From Lama glama (taxonomy: Eukaryota), in the NCBI GenBank assembly GCA_028534125.1, contig CM052816.1, forward strand, positions 88,166,001-88,230,000: a DNA stretch of 64,000 bases, in the 5' to 3' direction. The notes under the pieces were generated by a model. It worked only from the letters and a program-made list of their open reading frames with translations. It did no database searches and was not told where the DNA came from. A program made the position numbers and the translations under genes. Of the stretch, positions 12,901-25,198 are shown in pieces (within the stretch, counting starts at the first letter, position 1; every line of letters starts with the position of its first letter).

Positions 12901-13697
12901 AATGATTTAAAATACACGTTTAATTAATAATTTTACATGTCCCTCTCTATGCACATTCTTACATAAAATTTATACCAGTGCAGTATGTTTTTTATCCATT
13001 TGCTTGGATTTCTTAGTTCAGCTGATTCACATAAAGTAGGCAACAGCAGTTATTATCAAGAAAGATAACTAATAAAGAAGATAAAGGGTATTATTAGGCA
13101 AGGTCATTGCTTTGCTTTTTTTTTTTTGAAAGAGAGTTGCCTTGATATTTAGAGTAATAAACAACTAAGCAACCATGGCCTTTTTATAAGTGTTTGAGGG
13201 AAATCTACAATTATTGGATTTTCATTTCAAAATTTCCCTCTTAGTTTCCATAGTATGATATTTTCTGCCCACGGAAACAAAGATGCTACCTTTGTTCTGG
13301 CCTAACTTCTTTGTAGCTATTTCCAGATGTCTCCCCCACCCCCACCTCTTCCCACAGCCCCCATTAAGGGATTTTTACTGCCTGAAAAAGTTTTAATATT
13401 CAGCAGGTTAAGGAAACCCATGGTCAGCTTTAGAATTTGAGTCTCTGCTGAGCTTTCAAGGTGTCAAGACCCTAAAAGGATATGAACAGCACGGGTGCTA
13501 AATCTTTCATTATTTCCAGTTTCCCCTTGAGCATACTGACTTTGCAATAAAGAAGCTGTCATTTATACTCTTCTTTATTGCAAGGTGGGTAATAGCTACA
13601 GGGAGAAAAAAATACGGAACTGTGGCAAGTTAGCCTGCCTGCCATTATGATGAATGTGTAATCATTGCACATTTGCATCTGCTCTTTTTATATACAG

Positions 13698-13834
13698 GTA
13701 CTTCATAGACTGGAAGAGTGATGGGGACAGCTACTTTACAATAGACGGAACTGAAGGCACCATCGCCACTAATGAGTTACTCGACAGAGAAAGCACTGCA
13801 CAGTATAATTTCTCCATAATTGCGAGTAAAGTTA
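13698..13834 (+). CDS. CDH12: Cadherin-12 coding exon (EC4), 137 nt
   Basis: tatacAG acceptor and A|GTAAGT donor. [45 protein letters not shown] contains LDRE; phase matches the previous exon (AG+G = Arg). Confidence 0.96.
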
Positions 13835-14899
13835 GTAAGTATGGCATGGCCAGAATCAATGTTATGCTGCCGTTCTTTGGATTTCACGCTCTTAAACGAG
13901 TCCCTGCTGAGGTGTTTTTCATTTTCGGACTGACAGCTGAGTGGTCTCCTGGGGAAACTCGGAAACCTGTGCCTTTTCCTCGTAGCATAAGTCCAGAAAA
14001 ATTGTGACAGCTGCCAATGAGCCCTATTTGCAGGACTGCATGAATATCTAGTAGTGAATTTCATTGTGTGACCTCATCCCTTTCCATGCGGCAGCCTCAG
14101 ACCCCCACCGGAGCTCTGCCTTCTCTTCCATGCTGCATCCCTGTCTGTGTTGCTGGGAGCTTCGCAGGCCGGGCAGGAGGAAGTCATCATCACATGAAAT
14201 CCTCTATTCTGAAATAGAACAGAGCATTTTTAAAGTCACTTCTCATCTGTCTCTCTCCTTTCATTAGAATGTGTGTTTTTATGATCATCATTGTGGAATA
14301 GACAGGAGTTTTAAGTGCAGTTCTTCAAAAAGGCACTCAGATTCCATAGGATTATTAAGAATGACTCCTTGTGTTGGTTCCTGCTTGGTCCAGGACAGAA
14401 GCCTAACGACTGAGAGTAATTATAGGTCTTACTTGTTCAGCTGAAGAGTTGAGGATATTATCACAGCTTCCTGAGGTAACAGATGAGGGTGGGAGCGGTG
14501 ACATTTGGCTGTCAGCAGAGTTATTTGTAAGAGAAGTCCTTTGTACCGATCCTGTTTAGAGTCTCTTGAAAGATCTGGAGAAATCCCTTCTGAGTATTTC
14601 TCATTTTGTTTTCTTCTTATTTCCTTTTATGTGTCTGGTACAAAGACTTTGGCAGCTAATGTCATCTTCTCATGCAGGGAGGAGCTAACAGTGAACATTT
14701 CTGCTGAGGCGTTTTTGATCAGTTTCAACTCAGCGGGGTGTAAATATGAGAGAGTTGTGTTCATCTTCAACAACTGCTCCCAAACATGAGTCATCAGAGA
14801 CTTATCCCCAGGCTTTAATGATGTTTTTAGCTGATTGCATTACTTCTACATTACTGATTATTAGAGGCAAATCTAGCTTAAAAGAACATGCAGCTTCTG

Positions 14900-15196
14900 T
14901 CTTGTTTGTTGGATTTCTTCTCTTTTATGTAAGAAGACTGACTACTCTGAAGCTGTCATGCTGGAGGCTGGTGGTCAGGTTGACAATCCCAGCCCAGCTC
15001 AGCCTTTTAACCACACCCACCAGAGTGCTGGATATATAAGTCAAACTGTCTTGGAACCTCTAGCCAGATTGCTTGCTAGCTGAGTACCACACTGTAACCT
15101 CCACAAAATTATGAGAAATACTAAAATTGTAATTATTTCAAGCAACTATATGTTGGGGTCGTTTGTTGCTACCTGGCAGTAGATAACTGCAGAACT
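14900..15196 (+). mobile_element. MLT1-type MaLR LTR fragment
   Basis: MaLR 3' end: cacaaaattatgagaaata...atgttggggtcgtttgttgctacctggcagtagataactgcagaac. Confidence 0.55.
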
Positions 15197-18100
15197 CAGT
15201 AACACCAACAACAACACCAACAAAGTTGAAACTTTGACTCCTTGGTTGTGAGGGTGACTCTTGATTGTCCAATTTGTTAGACTGGAAAGGAGGGAGAGGA
15301 ATGAAAAGTATGAGTCTCTCTTCTCTGTCTCCACCGAGTGTTCCCTCCGCTGCTGCTGCTTCTAGGATTAAAATGGACTGGCCCAGTGGACTGCCACATA
15401 CTGTCCCTCTTCAAGTACCTTTTGAGTTATTTGGCGGTGGGGGCTCTGAGCATCCCACCTGTGGTAGATCTTACGGCTTCTTAATCCCAGGTCCCATTGT
15501 TCAGCAGGTGGCTTTCTTGGGTGAGTTAATAGCATGATTTCTCAACTTCCTTCTGTTATGTCCACTTGACCTTGCGGAGATGACACATCCTTGTCAGGCT
15601 AAACAGGTCCATTACAGGCTGCTCCTCTATTGTCTGCTTTCTCTCTCCTGCCATCTTCTTTCAGCTCTGTTCTTCTTGCTCAGTTAGGCTCTGAGAGCAG
15701 GTCATCCAGTCCGCTGCCTGAGCCGACTGCTATCAGGAGAACTGAACTGAATGCCAGCCTCCCCCTTTTGGAGGACCCCCATTCTCTTTCAGTTGTTTTC
15801 CTGAAGTCTCCTCTCATGCTAGGCATCCTTCCTTTCCTCCCGTATCACATCCTATTACAGTTACGTATGTTATTCATCATTCTTTTTATGTTTTCAATTA
15901 TTTCATTCATCCATAATATTGGGAACAGTGTAAGCATATTATAGTTAGAAAATAAACTTTAGCTTTGGAAGATCTTCGACAAGTATAATGAACATAAATT
16001 GTCTAAGTATGATGTATAAGACCTCTAGGAACCACATTACATTCCCTCTAATGGCTTGGATGTAGCAAGTGACAACTGACCAGAGGTAGTCTCTTCAAAT
16101 AGCTTCTATTTATCAAACGTATTGTTCTAATAAAATGTTATTCATTAGAAAACTATTAATGTAACCTAACTTCCCTATTAATGCACATGCAAACCTCGTG
16201 CCTTTTTTTTTTTTCTGAAGAGGAGTGGTAGGTCCAGTACCTTAACTCAGGATGAAAGCCTGCAGATAGTTCTTCTGTCACCTGTTTTGTAGCTTTAAAG
16301 TCTCTTTCTCTCCAGTGGTACCAAAGCCGCCAAAACCGTCATCACGGTGTGAGGGCACCTGGAGTAGCAGGTCTGGTCCCTCCAATCAGAGCCTGGGATT
16401 CAGCCATTTGGAAAATGGAAGGGGAGTTTGCACACTTACAGAGCAAGTGGTGTCATTGTTCCTTAAAAGCTTAGCTTTGTCAAACTTAGAAAACTGTGTT
16501 TTGTTAATTATCAGTATAATTAGGGCACACGCTGGCTCCACTCTGACCTGCTGGATGTAGTCTTTACCTAAATGCACATAAGGAAACCCCAGTGTGTGGA
16601 TTCTCATAAGTTGTGTTGGCCCTCTCTGGGACATATGTAGAACTGGGACTTCGACTCACAAGCCACACATATACACCATGCAAGAAGACTGTCGAGCTAA
16701 TATTTCTAAAATATCTACCCCTCATCCATTTCAGTTCTATTCAAAGACTAGTGTGTGGAGTATAGAGCCCTCAGAGGAGTCTGGTCGGACAAACACTACA
16801 TGCCTGCACGAAAAAGGAAGAGGCTGTTCACACATCGCATGGTAATTAAAGACTCTCCAGTAAGAATAGGTTATTGTGGGCTTCATTTTGTTTGAGTTCA
16901 CAGAGTTTGAAAGTAAACTTTATTCATATTTTAATACATAAGGCTGTTTTCATTGATCAAACTAGCCAGCCTGAGCAGGAAACCATCAGCATAGTGAATG
17001 ACTGAGAAATAAACATCCCACACTTGCCCTGCCGAGAGGAACGAAACTGTGTAAGTACACCTTATTGCAGATTGAACTAGCATGTTTTGGCCCTGACCTT
17101 TCTATAAAAACTCTCAGATGAAAAGAAATGGTACAATGATTGAACAACTTCCAATTAATTAAAAAGCAGTCATTAATCAGTGTCGCTATAGTTGGAGGTC
17201 CAAAACATTGTATTAGACTCCTAATAATTCTTTTATGCATTACAGCTTTGCTGTTTTTATGACACTAATCTTCAGAATTAAAAAAGGAAAATGGAAGCTC
17301 CGAAAATTCACTTCATTCAAATTATCAGAAACTTTCAGCAGGCAAATATTTCTAATTTTTTGGTTTTTTTGGTATTAGTACAGCACATATCACTAGGCAA
17401 CGATAACTAAAAATAGCTACCTTAAAGCCCTAGAACTTTATATAATTATAAAATAAATGGATGATACCAGAGAAAATACGTATTGTTCTGATCATGTTAG
17501 TTTACAGATGGCAACAGGTTGTTTCCGTTTACTGTAGAATAAGTCAAAAGTCAGTGGTTGACTTACTAAGTGCTATTCTGGGAAAAATGTATGTAAGTAT
17601 CTGGTTATGAGTTGGGATTAAATTGTTGGGTAATTAATTTTTAAGGTTATTGGATACTAAATCTCCTTTGTTTTAACTTTTTTCTACATCGACATAATGC
17701 AAGTGATATCATCTTCATATGTACAGAAAAATCAGATTTTTAACTATAATTAGTCTCAGCATAAATTCATCTAATTTTTATAAACTTCTGTAGAACATCA
17801 TTTCTGTGCAAAGCGTTTTTGGTTGTGGGTTAGAACTAAGACTGAAGTCTGTTCTTAAGGATAGTTTAAGAGTAGTTAGAAATGGATCCAAAAATTATTT
17901 TAGTATGTTATAACTATGCAATTTATGTTGGATTCCAGGGACTTCAGATTTAAGTGTACTCTCACGTAGTCTCCAGGGGAAAGCTGCAAAAGGTTTATAC
18001 TGACCATTACTGTTAAGTAATGAAGCATTTAAACAAAAATAAATAGGTTTTTTAAGTTGAATTTTCTGAAGGGTTTCTTCTGCCTATGTGGCAAATTGTT

Positions 18101-18792
18101 AGCTGTGAAATTACATTCTTAGACCAAATGAAAAGTACCTAGTTTTTCTAGGAAAATAGGAAGTAAGTATAAACTAGTAAACCAAACTATTCTAATAGTT
18201 TTATATACATTCACTCAGGTTATTACTGTCCACACTGTAGGAGGGAGGAAATGGAGGCTGAGATATTTCGTTTGTCACACAGGCAATAATGACCAAGCTA
18301 GTATTGGAGCCCATCACTCACTCCAAAACACAATTTCACAGGGACACGGATTCACTCTCCTATACTTCATTTTACTGGACTTTAAATAAGTTAACAGTAA
18401 AATTAATCAAGGAGAATTTCACATGCATGGATAGCTAAAGTAAATATAGTAAAAAATATATATATATTTGCAGTGTATGTGTCATTGAACTGAAATTATT
18501 TTTAATCTTGGCATCTGTCTATTTAACCTATCTACCTATCTTTAAACTCGTTAGACTGCTTACCTATTAGAATTCAATAGTGAATTTGCATTCTAGAAAT
18601 AAAATACAAAGACTCAAAAGATGAAAATTGGGAAATACATGTGCAATATTATGTGTGTGGCAGTGTTGTTGATAGGTAGATTTCTATCTGTGTCCAATAA
18701 GTGTTAATTACTGTATCAGTCTCAAGTTACAAGACGTCAATGTGAAGGATCCTTTTGGGTAATATCCCTGTATGTAGAAAAATGTTGTCTAC

Positions 18793-19137
18793 CTACACGA
18801 TGCTGCCTCTCACCTCATGGCTGCCCTTGGCGGCAACACCCTTCCCAGCACCAAGGATGTAAAGAAGATCCTGGACAGCATGGGCATTGATGAGGCGGAC
18901 AATGACCTGCTAACAAGGTCATCAGTGAGCTGACAGGAAAAAACACTGAAGGTGTCACTGCCCAGGGTATCCACAAGCTGGCAGCGTGCCCACCTCCAGA
19001 GGGCAAGTCTGCACTCCTGCTGCTGGTTCAGCCCTGGCCTCGGCAGAGAAGAAGGGCACAAGGAAGGAGGAGCCGAATCAGTCAGATGGCTCCATGGGAT
19101 TTGTCTTGTTCAATTAGTGTCCTGCTCCCCTGCAAAA
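18793..19137 (+). pseudogene. RPLP2: Processed pseudogene of 60S acidic ribosomal protein P2
   Basis: Intronless translation LHDAASHLMAALGGNTLPSTKDVKKILDSMGIDEADNDLL/NKVISELTGKNTEGVTAQGIHKLA...SDGSMGFVLFN* compared with RPLP2 MRYVASYLLAALGGNSSPSAKDIKKILDSVGIEADDDRLNKVISELNGKNIEDVIAQGIGKLA...SDDDMGFGLFD*. No ATG, frameshifts, and a 3' UTR-like remnant cctgctcccctgcaaa. Confidence 0.93.
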
Positions 19138-19149
19138 GTGATGTGATGT

Positions 19150-19297
19150 CAATTCTGACATTGGTGGTGCCATTTTTGCCCCATTCTATTGAGTAAAAGC
19201 AAATCATTAGATCCAGCCCTCACTTAAGGGCAGAGCATTATATGAAGGTAACTCATGTGGATGTCAGGAAGCTGTTTCAACAAGTTGCCTATCATAT
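19150..19297 (-). mobile_element. MLT1-type MaLR LTR fragment
   Basis: ccatttttgccccattctattgagtaaaagcaaatcattagatccagccctcacttaagggcagag...gcctatcata. Confidence 0.55.
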
Positions 19298-19693
19298 GTG
19301 GCTCTTGGCAACTAGACAAGTCTCTCTCAAAGTGCAGAACATCAAGAGACCATGTGACTTGACCACAAGGCCTGAAAATTTTGTGTTGAATTCATTAAGT
19401 ATACAACCAAAACACAAAGTGCTGTAGGAGAGAAAATAATTAAAATAATTATTTGCCAAAGCATAAACATAGTATGTCATATAAAAATTATCATTTGAGC
19501 TAAATCTTTAAGAGATGAAAAAGATATTGAGAGGGAGGAAAGAAGGACATTCTAGGTTAAAGAAACATCTTCAGCAAAGGCAGAGAGGTATCAGAGTTCA
19601 TGGACAGATGAGATTTTACAAGTAGAGTAGCTCAGCTGGTGTCCAGACTTTGTAAGCGGATTAGAGAAAATGCATTCAGAAGGGAAGCCTGAG

Positions 19694-19953
19694 ATCTACT
19701 CTGTGAGAAACTTCCTAATATAAGGTTCAAGGTTGTTAGCTGTTGTCACCAAGCAGTACATTACATCCCTACACGTGATCTAGTTTATAACTAGAAGTCT
19801 GCACATTTTGATCACCTTCATCCTTTTCCACCCCCTCACCCCCACTTCTATAGCCACTTCAAGATAGATACAAGTATTAAATCATTGTGTTATACACTTG
19901 AATTAATATAACACTAGCTGTCAATTATATCTCAATTTTAAAAAAAGCATAAA
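19694..19953. mobile_element. Short L1 (L1MA9-like 3' UTR) with a 5' inversion
   Basis: 19694 to about 19850 is L1 3' UTR on the minus strand; about 19851-19953 is the L1 terminus plus A tail on the plus strand. Flanked by a 16-bp duplication with 14/16 identity. Confidence 0.75.
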
Positions 19954-20379
19954 AGAAAGGAAACCTGAGGACTTATCAAAGAGAGCCTTAAATGCCTCAC
20001 TGAGAAACTGCAAAGTTTTTCAGGTGCGTTTTTGAACCAATCCTCATTCCTGCTGTTTCTACGTGTTCCCAGTTTAATATATGTCCAAAGAGGCATATGT
20101 CACTTCCCCAGCTTTCCCCAGCTGGCGGGTCTGGAAGGTAGTTTCGCAGGGACCTGCATTCCTATAAGCCAGCACTGACTGGGTTACATCGTATCCACCT
20201 GGGTGACCACGGTTAACCTCACTAGTATCAAGTGACAGGCCTGACTCCAGACTCTCTGCAGTGGTGAGCAGTAGACATTGCTTTCTAATTTGGCCAGTGT
20301 TTCTTCAAAAGAGCACTGTAAGCCACATGCACATTTATTGAGAATGGACGTACAGGTTGGCCTTTCTTTTTTTACTACT

Positions 20380-20545
20380 GTTCTTTAACTTTTCAACGGT
20401 TACTTGCATCAGAATCACCTGGGACAGTATTCCTGGACCCCATTCAAGACATACTGGATCAGAATTTTGAGAATTACTGCCAAGAAATCTCTTTTTTAAA
20501 CAAGATACCTAGGTTATTAATGGATATTGATGTTGGAACCAGTGT
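20380..20545. mobile_element. MER5A-like hAT-Charlie MITE
   Basis: gcatcagaatcacctggga...ttcctggacccca...atcagaattttga...tttaaacaagatacctaggttatt...ggaaccagtg. Confidence 0.65.
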
Positions 20546-21684
20546 ACCAAATGCTCCAGATTTTTAAAGATTGGCATGGATTTGGGGATGTTAAAGAGTA
20601 TAATGTTACTGTGAAGAGATGTATTTTCTCAGAGAGTGCAGCTGGCTTTTGAGGACTAAATGTAACCATTGGTTTCCATTCTGGATTGAAGTCATTATTT
20701 TTTTCTTTTTATTTCTCAAATAATTGCCTTTCTCTTACTCTTCACGAATACCCTCCTTTACACATATGAGTGTAGGTAGTTTATCTACCATTTACTAATT
20801 TCCTTTCTTTTCTCTAAGTAACTATATGGCACTATTTTGTATTCTCAAAGAAAGTTAAGTTTTATTTCTAATAGTATTGGCAACATTTTAATAGTACTTA
20901 TAAATGAAATACATACTGTGAAGAAAGTATAAATATTCAACTATTTCATGAAACCTTCAGTGTATTATATACATTAATAATAATCATTAACATCACCATA
21001 GTCATCTACTTTATTGAGAAATGGTACTATTTTTCTTACTATTATATGATGTGTAAATATAATGGAATACAAATTTGTTGTGATTGTTTATATTTTATTT
21101 TAAACTTTCAACTGCTTATGGGTACACTACCATAATCAAACTACTTAGGAGTCTTTAAATCAGTAAAACTGCTCTATCAAAATCACATCCAAAATAATAA
21201 TGAAAGGCTTGTTTTTTTTTCTTAATTAGTATCTGATTTTTCTCAGGAAATTAAAACCACATGACAAACTTTCCACCTGAAGGTTGAAATTTGGATGAAA
21301 AAATTATGTTTAGATATGTACAGAAAATTCCTTTTAACATCACATACCAAAAATGGAATTCAAAAATAAAAAAAATATTTTTTACATTGAAAATATCATT
21401 GACTTTATGAACTATATTGTATTTCATTTATTTGTATAGTGAGCCTCTCAGTTGTGAAATTCTTATTGTCAGAAACTTTATCTTATACATCTCTGATGCC
21501 TGTGATTTATCATACTCTCTGGAACATATGGATGTGTACATAATTAATGAATAAATGGTGAGCTTTGTGGCTATTTGAAATATATGACATATTAAATCTT
21601 AAGGGACCATTATTATATCATAACTTTTATTAATTTTTCAAGAAATTTATCATGAATATAAATGTAACAGCAAAATTTTACTAC

Positions 21685-22900
21685 TTCATTTATTCATTCC
21701 TTGCTGTATATTAAACACTGTTCTTTGTATTCAGAGCAGAAGTTTACAATGAAAAAAATATCTTCCTCATATTGACTTATAATCTACTAGGCATCAAACA
21801 TGATTAACTGCCAATAAGAATATCATGTTATAAATGTTAACATGGGAAATAGGAAAATAAGTAGGGTATTATGAGAGCACACAGAAAGATAAAGGGGATT
21901 CCTCCATGAGAACACAACATCTAAACTGAAAAGTAAAAGATTAGGAGGGAAAGGAGGGCAGAAAGGTATTTTAGATGCTGGAAATAGCACATGCGAAGCT
22001 CTAGAAGTTGAAGAGTGCATAAGACAGTCAAAGGAATATAAAGTAATGTAGTATAGGAAAAAGTAAATAAATTGAGGGTGAGTAAAAGATAAAGCTCCTC
22101 TGTCTCTCTTATTCTTTGTCTTTCTGTCCCTATCTCTCTGTACTTACCTCTTCTAAATAATCTCCTTCTACAAATGAAAAGAATCTAGATACAAAATATG
22201 AAGGCTATTTTTCCAGCATATTATAATGTTATTTCATTGTGAAGTAAAAAGTCAGTACTGAAGAGGTGTAGTCAAAAACAGGATTTGATATGACTGGCTT
22301 TGTTGAAAATTTATACTGGAAGCAGAATGGCAAATCGGTTGGAGTAAAGCAGGGTTGGAAAATGGTAGAAAAAATGGAAAAATTTTGGGATAATCTAAGG
22401 CAGAAACTGATGACTTATAGAGTAATGGCAAGGACGATAAGAAAGAAATGGAGATATTTCAAGGAAAGTTGAGAGGTGAAAATGGTAAAAATTAGTGTTG
22501 ATTGGATATGGCAATGAGGTGAATGAGGAATCATCATTAGTGGTCAGATTTTTAGATAGGCAGCAGGAGGGCTGCGGGTGCCATAAACTGAGGTAGAAAA
22601 CATAGAATGAATGGTTTTGGGCAAAAATTATGAGCTCAGTTTTGAACAGGTTAAATTTTATATTCTTGCTGCTCATGAAGGTCGTCATGTATATATGTCA
22701 TGTGTATAAGGATCAAGAAGTCAGGAGAGGGACTTAAGTCTGATAAATAAATTTGAGGTTAATCAACATATAGACTATAATGAGTATGTGAGTACAAACC
22801 ACGAGAAGTGGTTCTATGATGTGGACTTAGCCATTTACGGGTTAGGCAAAGAAACAATAGAAAGACTGGGGAACAAAAAACTTGCTAATGGGTAGAAGGG
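21685..22900 (-). mobile_element. Degraded L2 fragments
   Basis: Starts with the ttcatttattcattc tail; internal motifs atagcacatgcgaagctctagaag and tgagctcagttttgaacaggttaaattt. Confidence 0.6.
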
Positions 22901-24799
22901 AAGAGAAGTATTTAGGTCCTATAAACAACATTTTGGTCAACTAATTTGATGAGAACCATAGGAGAGAGGGGAGGTTAGAGGATAAAACACAGCTTTGAAT
23001 TCTTTGCACTGTATTCTCATTGCTTCCATGATTTAATTGATTTTAACTAATGAGAAATAATACATAATCAAACTATTAACAGTTCATTATGTTTTTCTAA
23101 GTGACTGTTTCCCAAATTTGATTGTTTACTGACCTGTTAACTACCTGTATAAAAGCATCTCCTTTTAATTAAATTGATCAAAAATCAATAATGGGTTTTA
23201 CATGCCTTCAAAATACCAATTTAAAATTCTGTTATTATATTAAAGAAAATCACTTGAGAAAAAAATGTTAAATTATAGATAGTTGAACATAAAGTAAAAT
23301 GGCACCTAATGTTAACCGTGGTCTTGCTGGCAATGGATGAATTCAAGGAAAATATATTGACTGTCTCAGTGTCGGTGGGTCATGTTCAGCAGAGGATTCC
23401 TGTTACATTAGCTGTAATAATCCACTTTTGCTTCTCAGTTCAGTCTGTTTTTGAAAGTATATTTATTCATTGGTATGTTCAGTTTGTTAGCTTCTACTAG
23501 GCACTCTAGTGTTAAACTCTGGAGGTTTAAAGATGAATATGAGGTGGTTTCTGCTCTCAAGAAACTCAGAATATCTAAGGCTTTGTGTTATTGAAAATAT
23601 TTAAAATCAGTAATAAGTTTCTCTGCTGTGTTCTTTGCAAAGAAATTGATTGGTGGTATTTTTAAAGACTTCTTATTCTTTGGAGATCAGTTTTTGTCAT
23701 CAACAGCACCAAAGGTAATTTTTGACTTTAGCATAGGTTTACACAAATAATTTAAATTCTCTTTATGGATGGCTCAGTCTAGCTACAGATCATACTATGG
23801 TAATTGAACAGAGCTATTATTAGATACTGTTTATCTCGTAATTTAAAAGTGAAGTGATTTAAAGAAAAAAGATAAATAGAGCCTGTGTTTTTTTATTCAC
23901 TATACTTTGCTCAGTTTGCATTATAATTCAATTTTTGGTGTAAAAAGCTAAGATTTCATTCTTGAAGTTATTGTAGTTGCAATTTTGTACATAGTGATAA
24001 AATTGAATTTTGAACTCCAATAGTTATTCAAAAGCAGGTGTTGTTTTTAAAATAAGGAAACCTAATAACTCCAGCATATTTTCATATAATAGGAGTATTG
24101 TGTTTGTTAGTACTTTGTGGTTTTTAAAACATTTTCAATTACACTTTTCGTTTAGTTCTTGGAAACATTTCTATCATTTGCCCAGCATTTATTGAGTATC
24201 TACTTATGTGATTAAAAACAACAAACAAAAATACCTCTTTGACGTTTGAGTATAAACTGGGCTTCCTCACAGCACGCTGGCTAGATTGCAGTATAAATGT
24301 GACTCATTGAAAGTGAGTGAGCATCACTTACATGGCAGATCTCACGCAGTGTGTTTTCTTAATCTCTGAGTTATTCGATGTATATCATAAGGTGCAAAAA
24401 ACATAGTAAGGGGATTTGGATTCCAGTCTTGGCTCTGACACAAAGCATAGGGCAAGATTACGCTAAAGTTTTCTCACCTGTAAATAACTATTTATAGATC
24501 TGTGTTTTTCAAACTCTGTTGATCACCAGGACACTTGGTCAAATGAAATCTTATGTGAGATACCAATATAGCACATACAGAGAACTATGGATAAAGCCAA
24601 TGACTTCTCTTTGCTTCCTGTAAAACTCCTTAGCACCAAAGAGGACGGCACAAGAACTGTAAATTTATATCAGTTTTTAGATTTAAATTTTAGAGGGCTT
24701 TTTGTTTGTTTTTGTTTTGTTTTTAGGATTTATCAAAAGTTACAGTGCTAATAACTAGCAACCAGTGAACCCATTCCTAAGAGATTTCTGATTCCAGGT

Positions 24800-25170
24800 T
24801 CCAAAAAGGGCTGCGTCTTTGTGTCTGTCCCATCCCATATGTTCTTCTTACAATGAGGCTGACATTTCTTTTACCTAGAAGTGAAGTCTATCTTCTCCTC
24901 CCGTAAATTTGGAAAGGGGCTGGAAACTGCCCTAACATAGAGGAGAAGTGTTCCTATGTGACCGCATTAGGTCATAAAAGCAGTAGTTTCTGTCTGAATT
25001 TTTCTCATTCTTGAAATTCATGCCCTTGACCTCATGCCACCATGTTGTGAAGGAGTCAAGTTTACATAGAGAGACAATGCATGAGTATTCGTGTCTACAT
25101 TTCCAGCAAACCGCCGGCATCAAGCACCGGACAGGTGAATCAGTGAAATTTCAGATGATTCCAGCTAAAA
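24800..25170 (+). mobile_element. MLT1-type MaLR LTR fragment next to the makorin retrocopy
   Basis: gaagtgaagtctatcttctcctccc...taggtcataaaagcagt...gccaccatgttgtgaaggag...cagatgattccagc. Confidence 0.55.
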
Positions 25171-25198
25171 AAAGCACCAATTCAGGGAGCAATGCCAT

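Noticed and set aside
14037..14042. TGCATG RBFOX motif downstream of an exon
   Set aside because: A single hexamer that occurs elsewhere in the window and is expected by chance.
15200..15800. Moderately GC-rich stretch with short ORFs
   Set aside because: No recognisable protein similarity or splice structure; possibly an old LTR, but I cannot assign it.
18810..19146. ORFs 18810-19061 (-), 18815-19006 (-) and 18952-19146 (+)
   Set aside because: Off-frame or antisense readings of the RPLP2 pseudogene.
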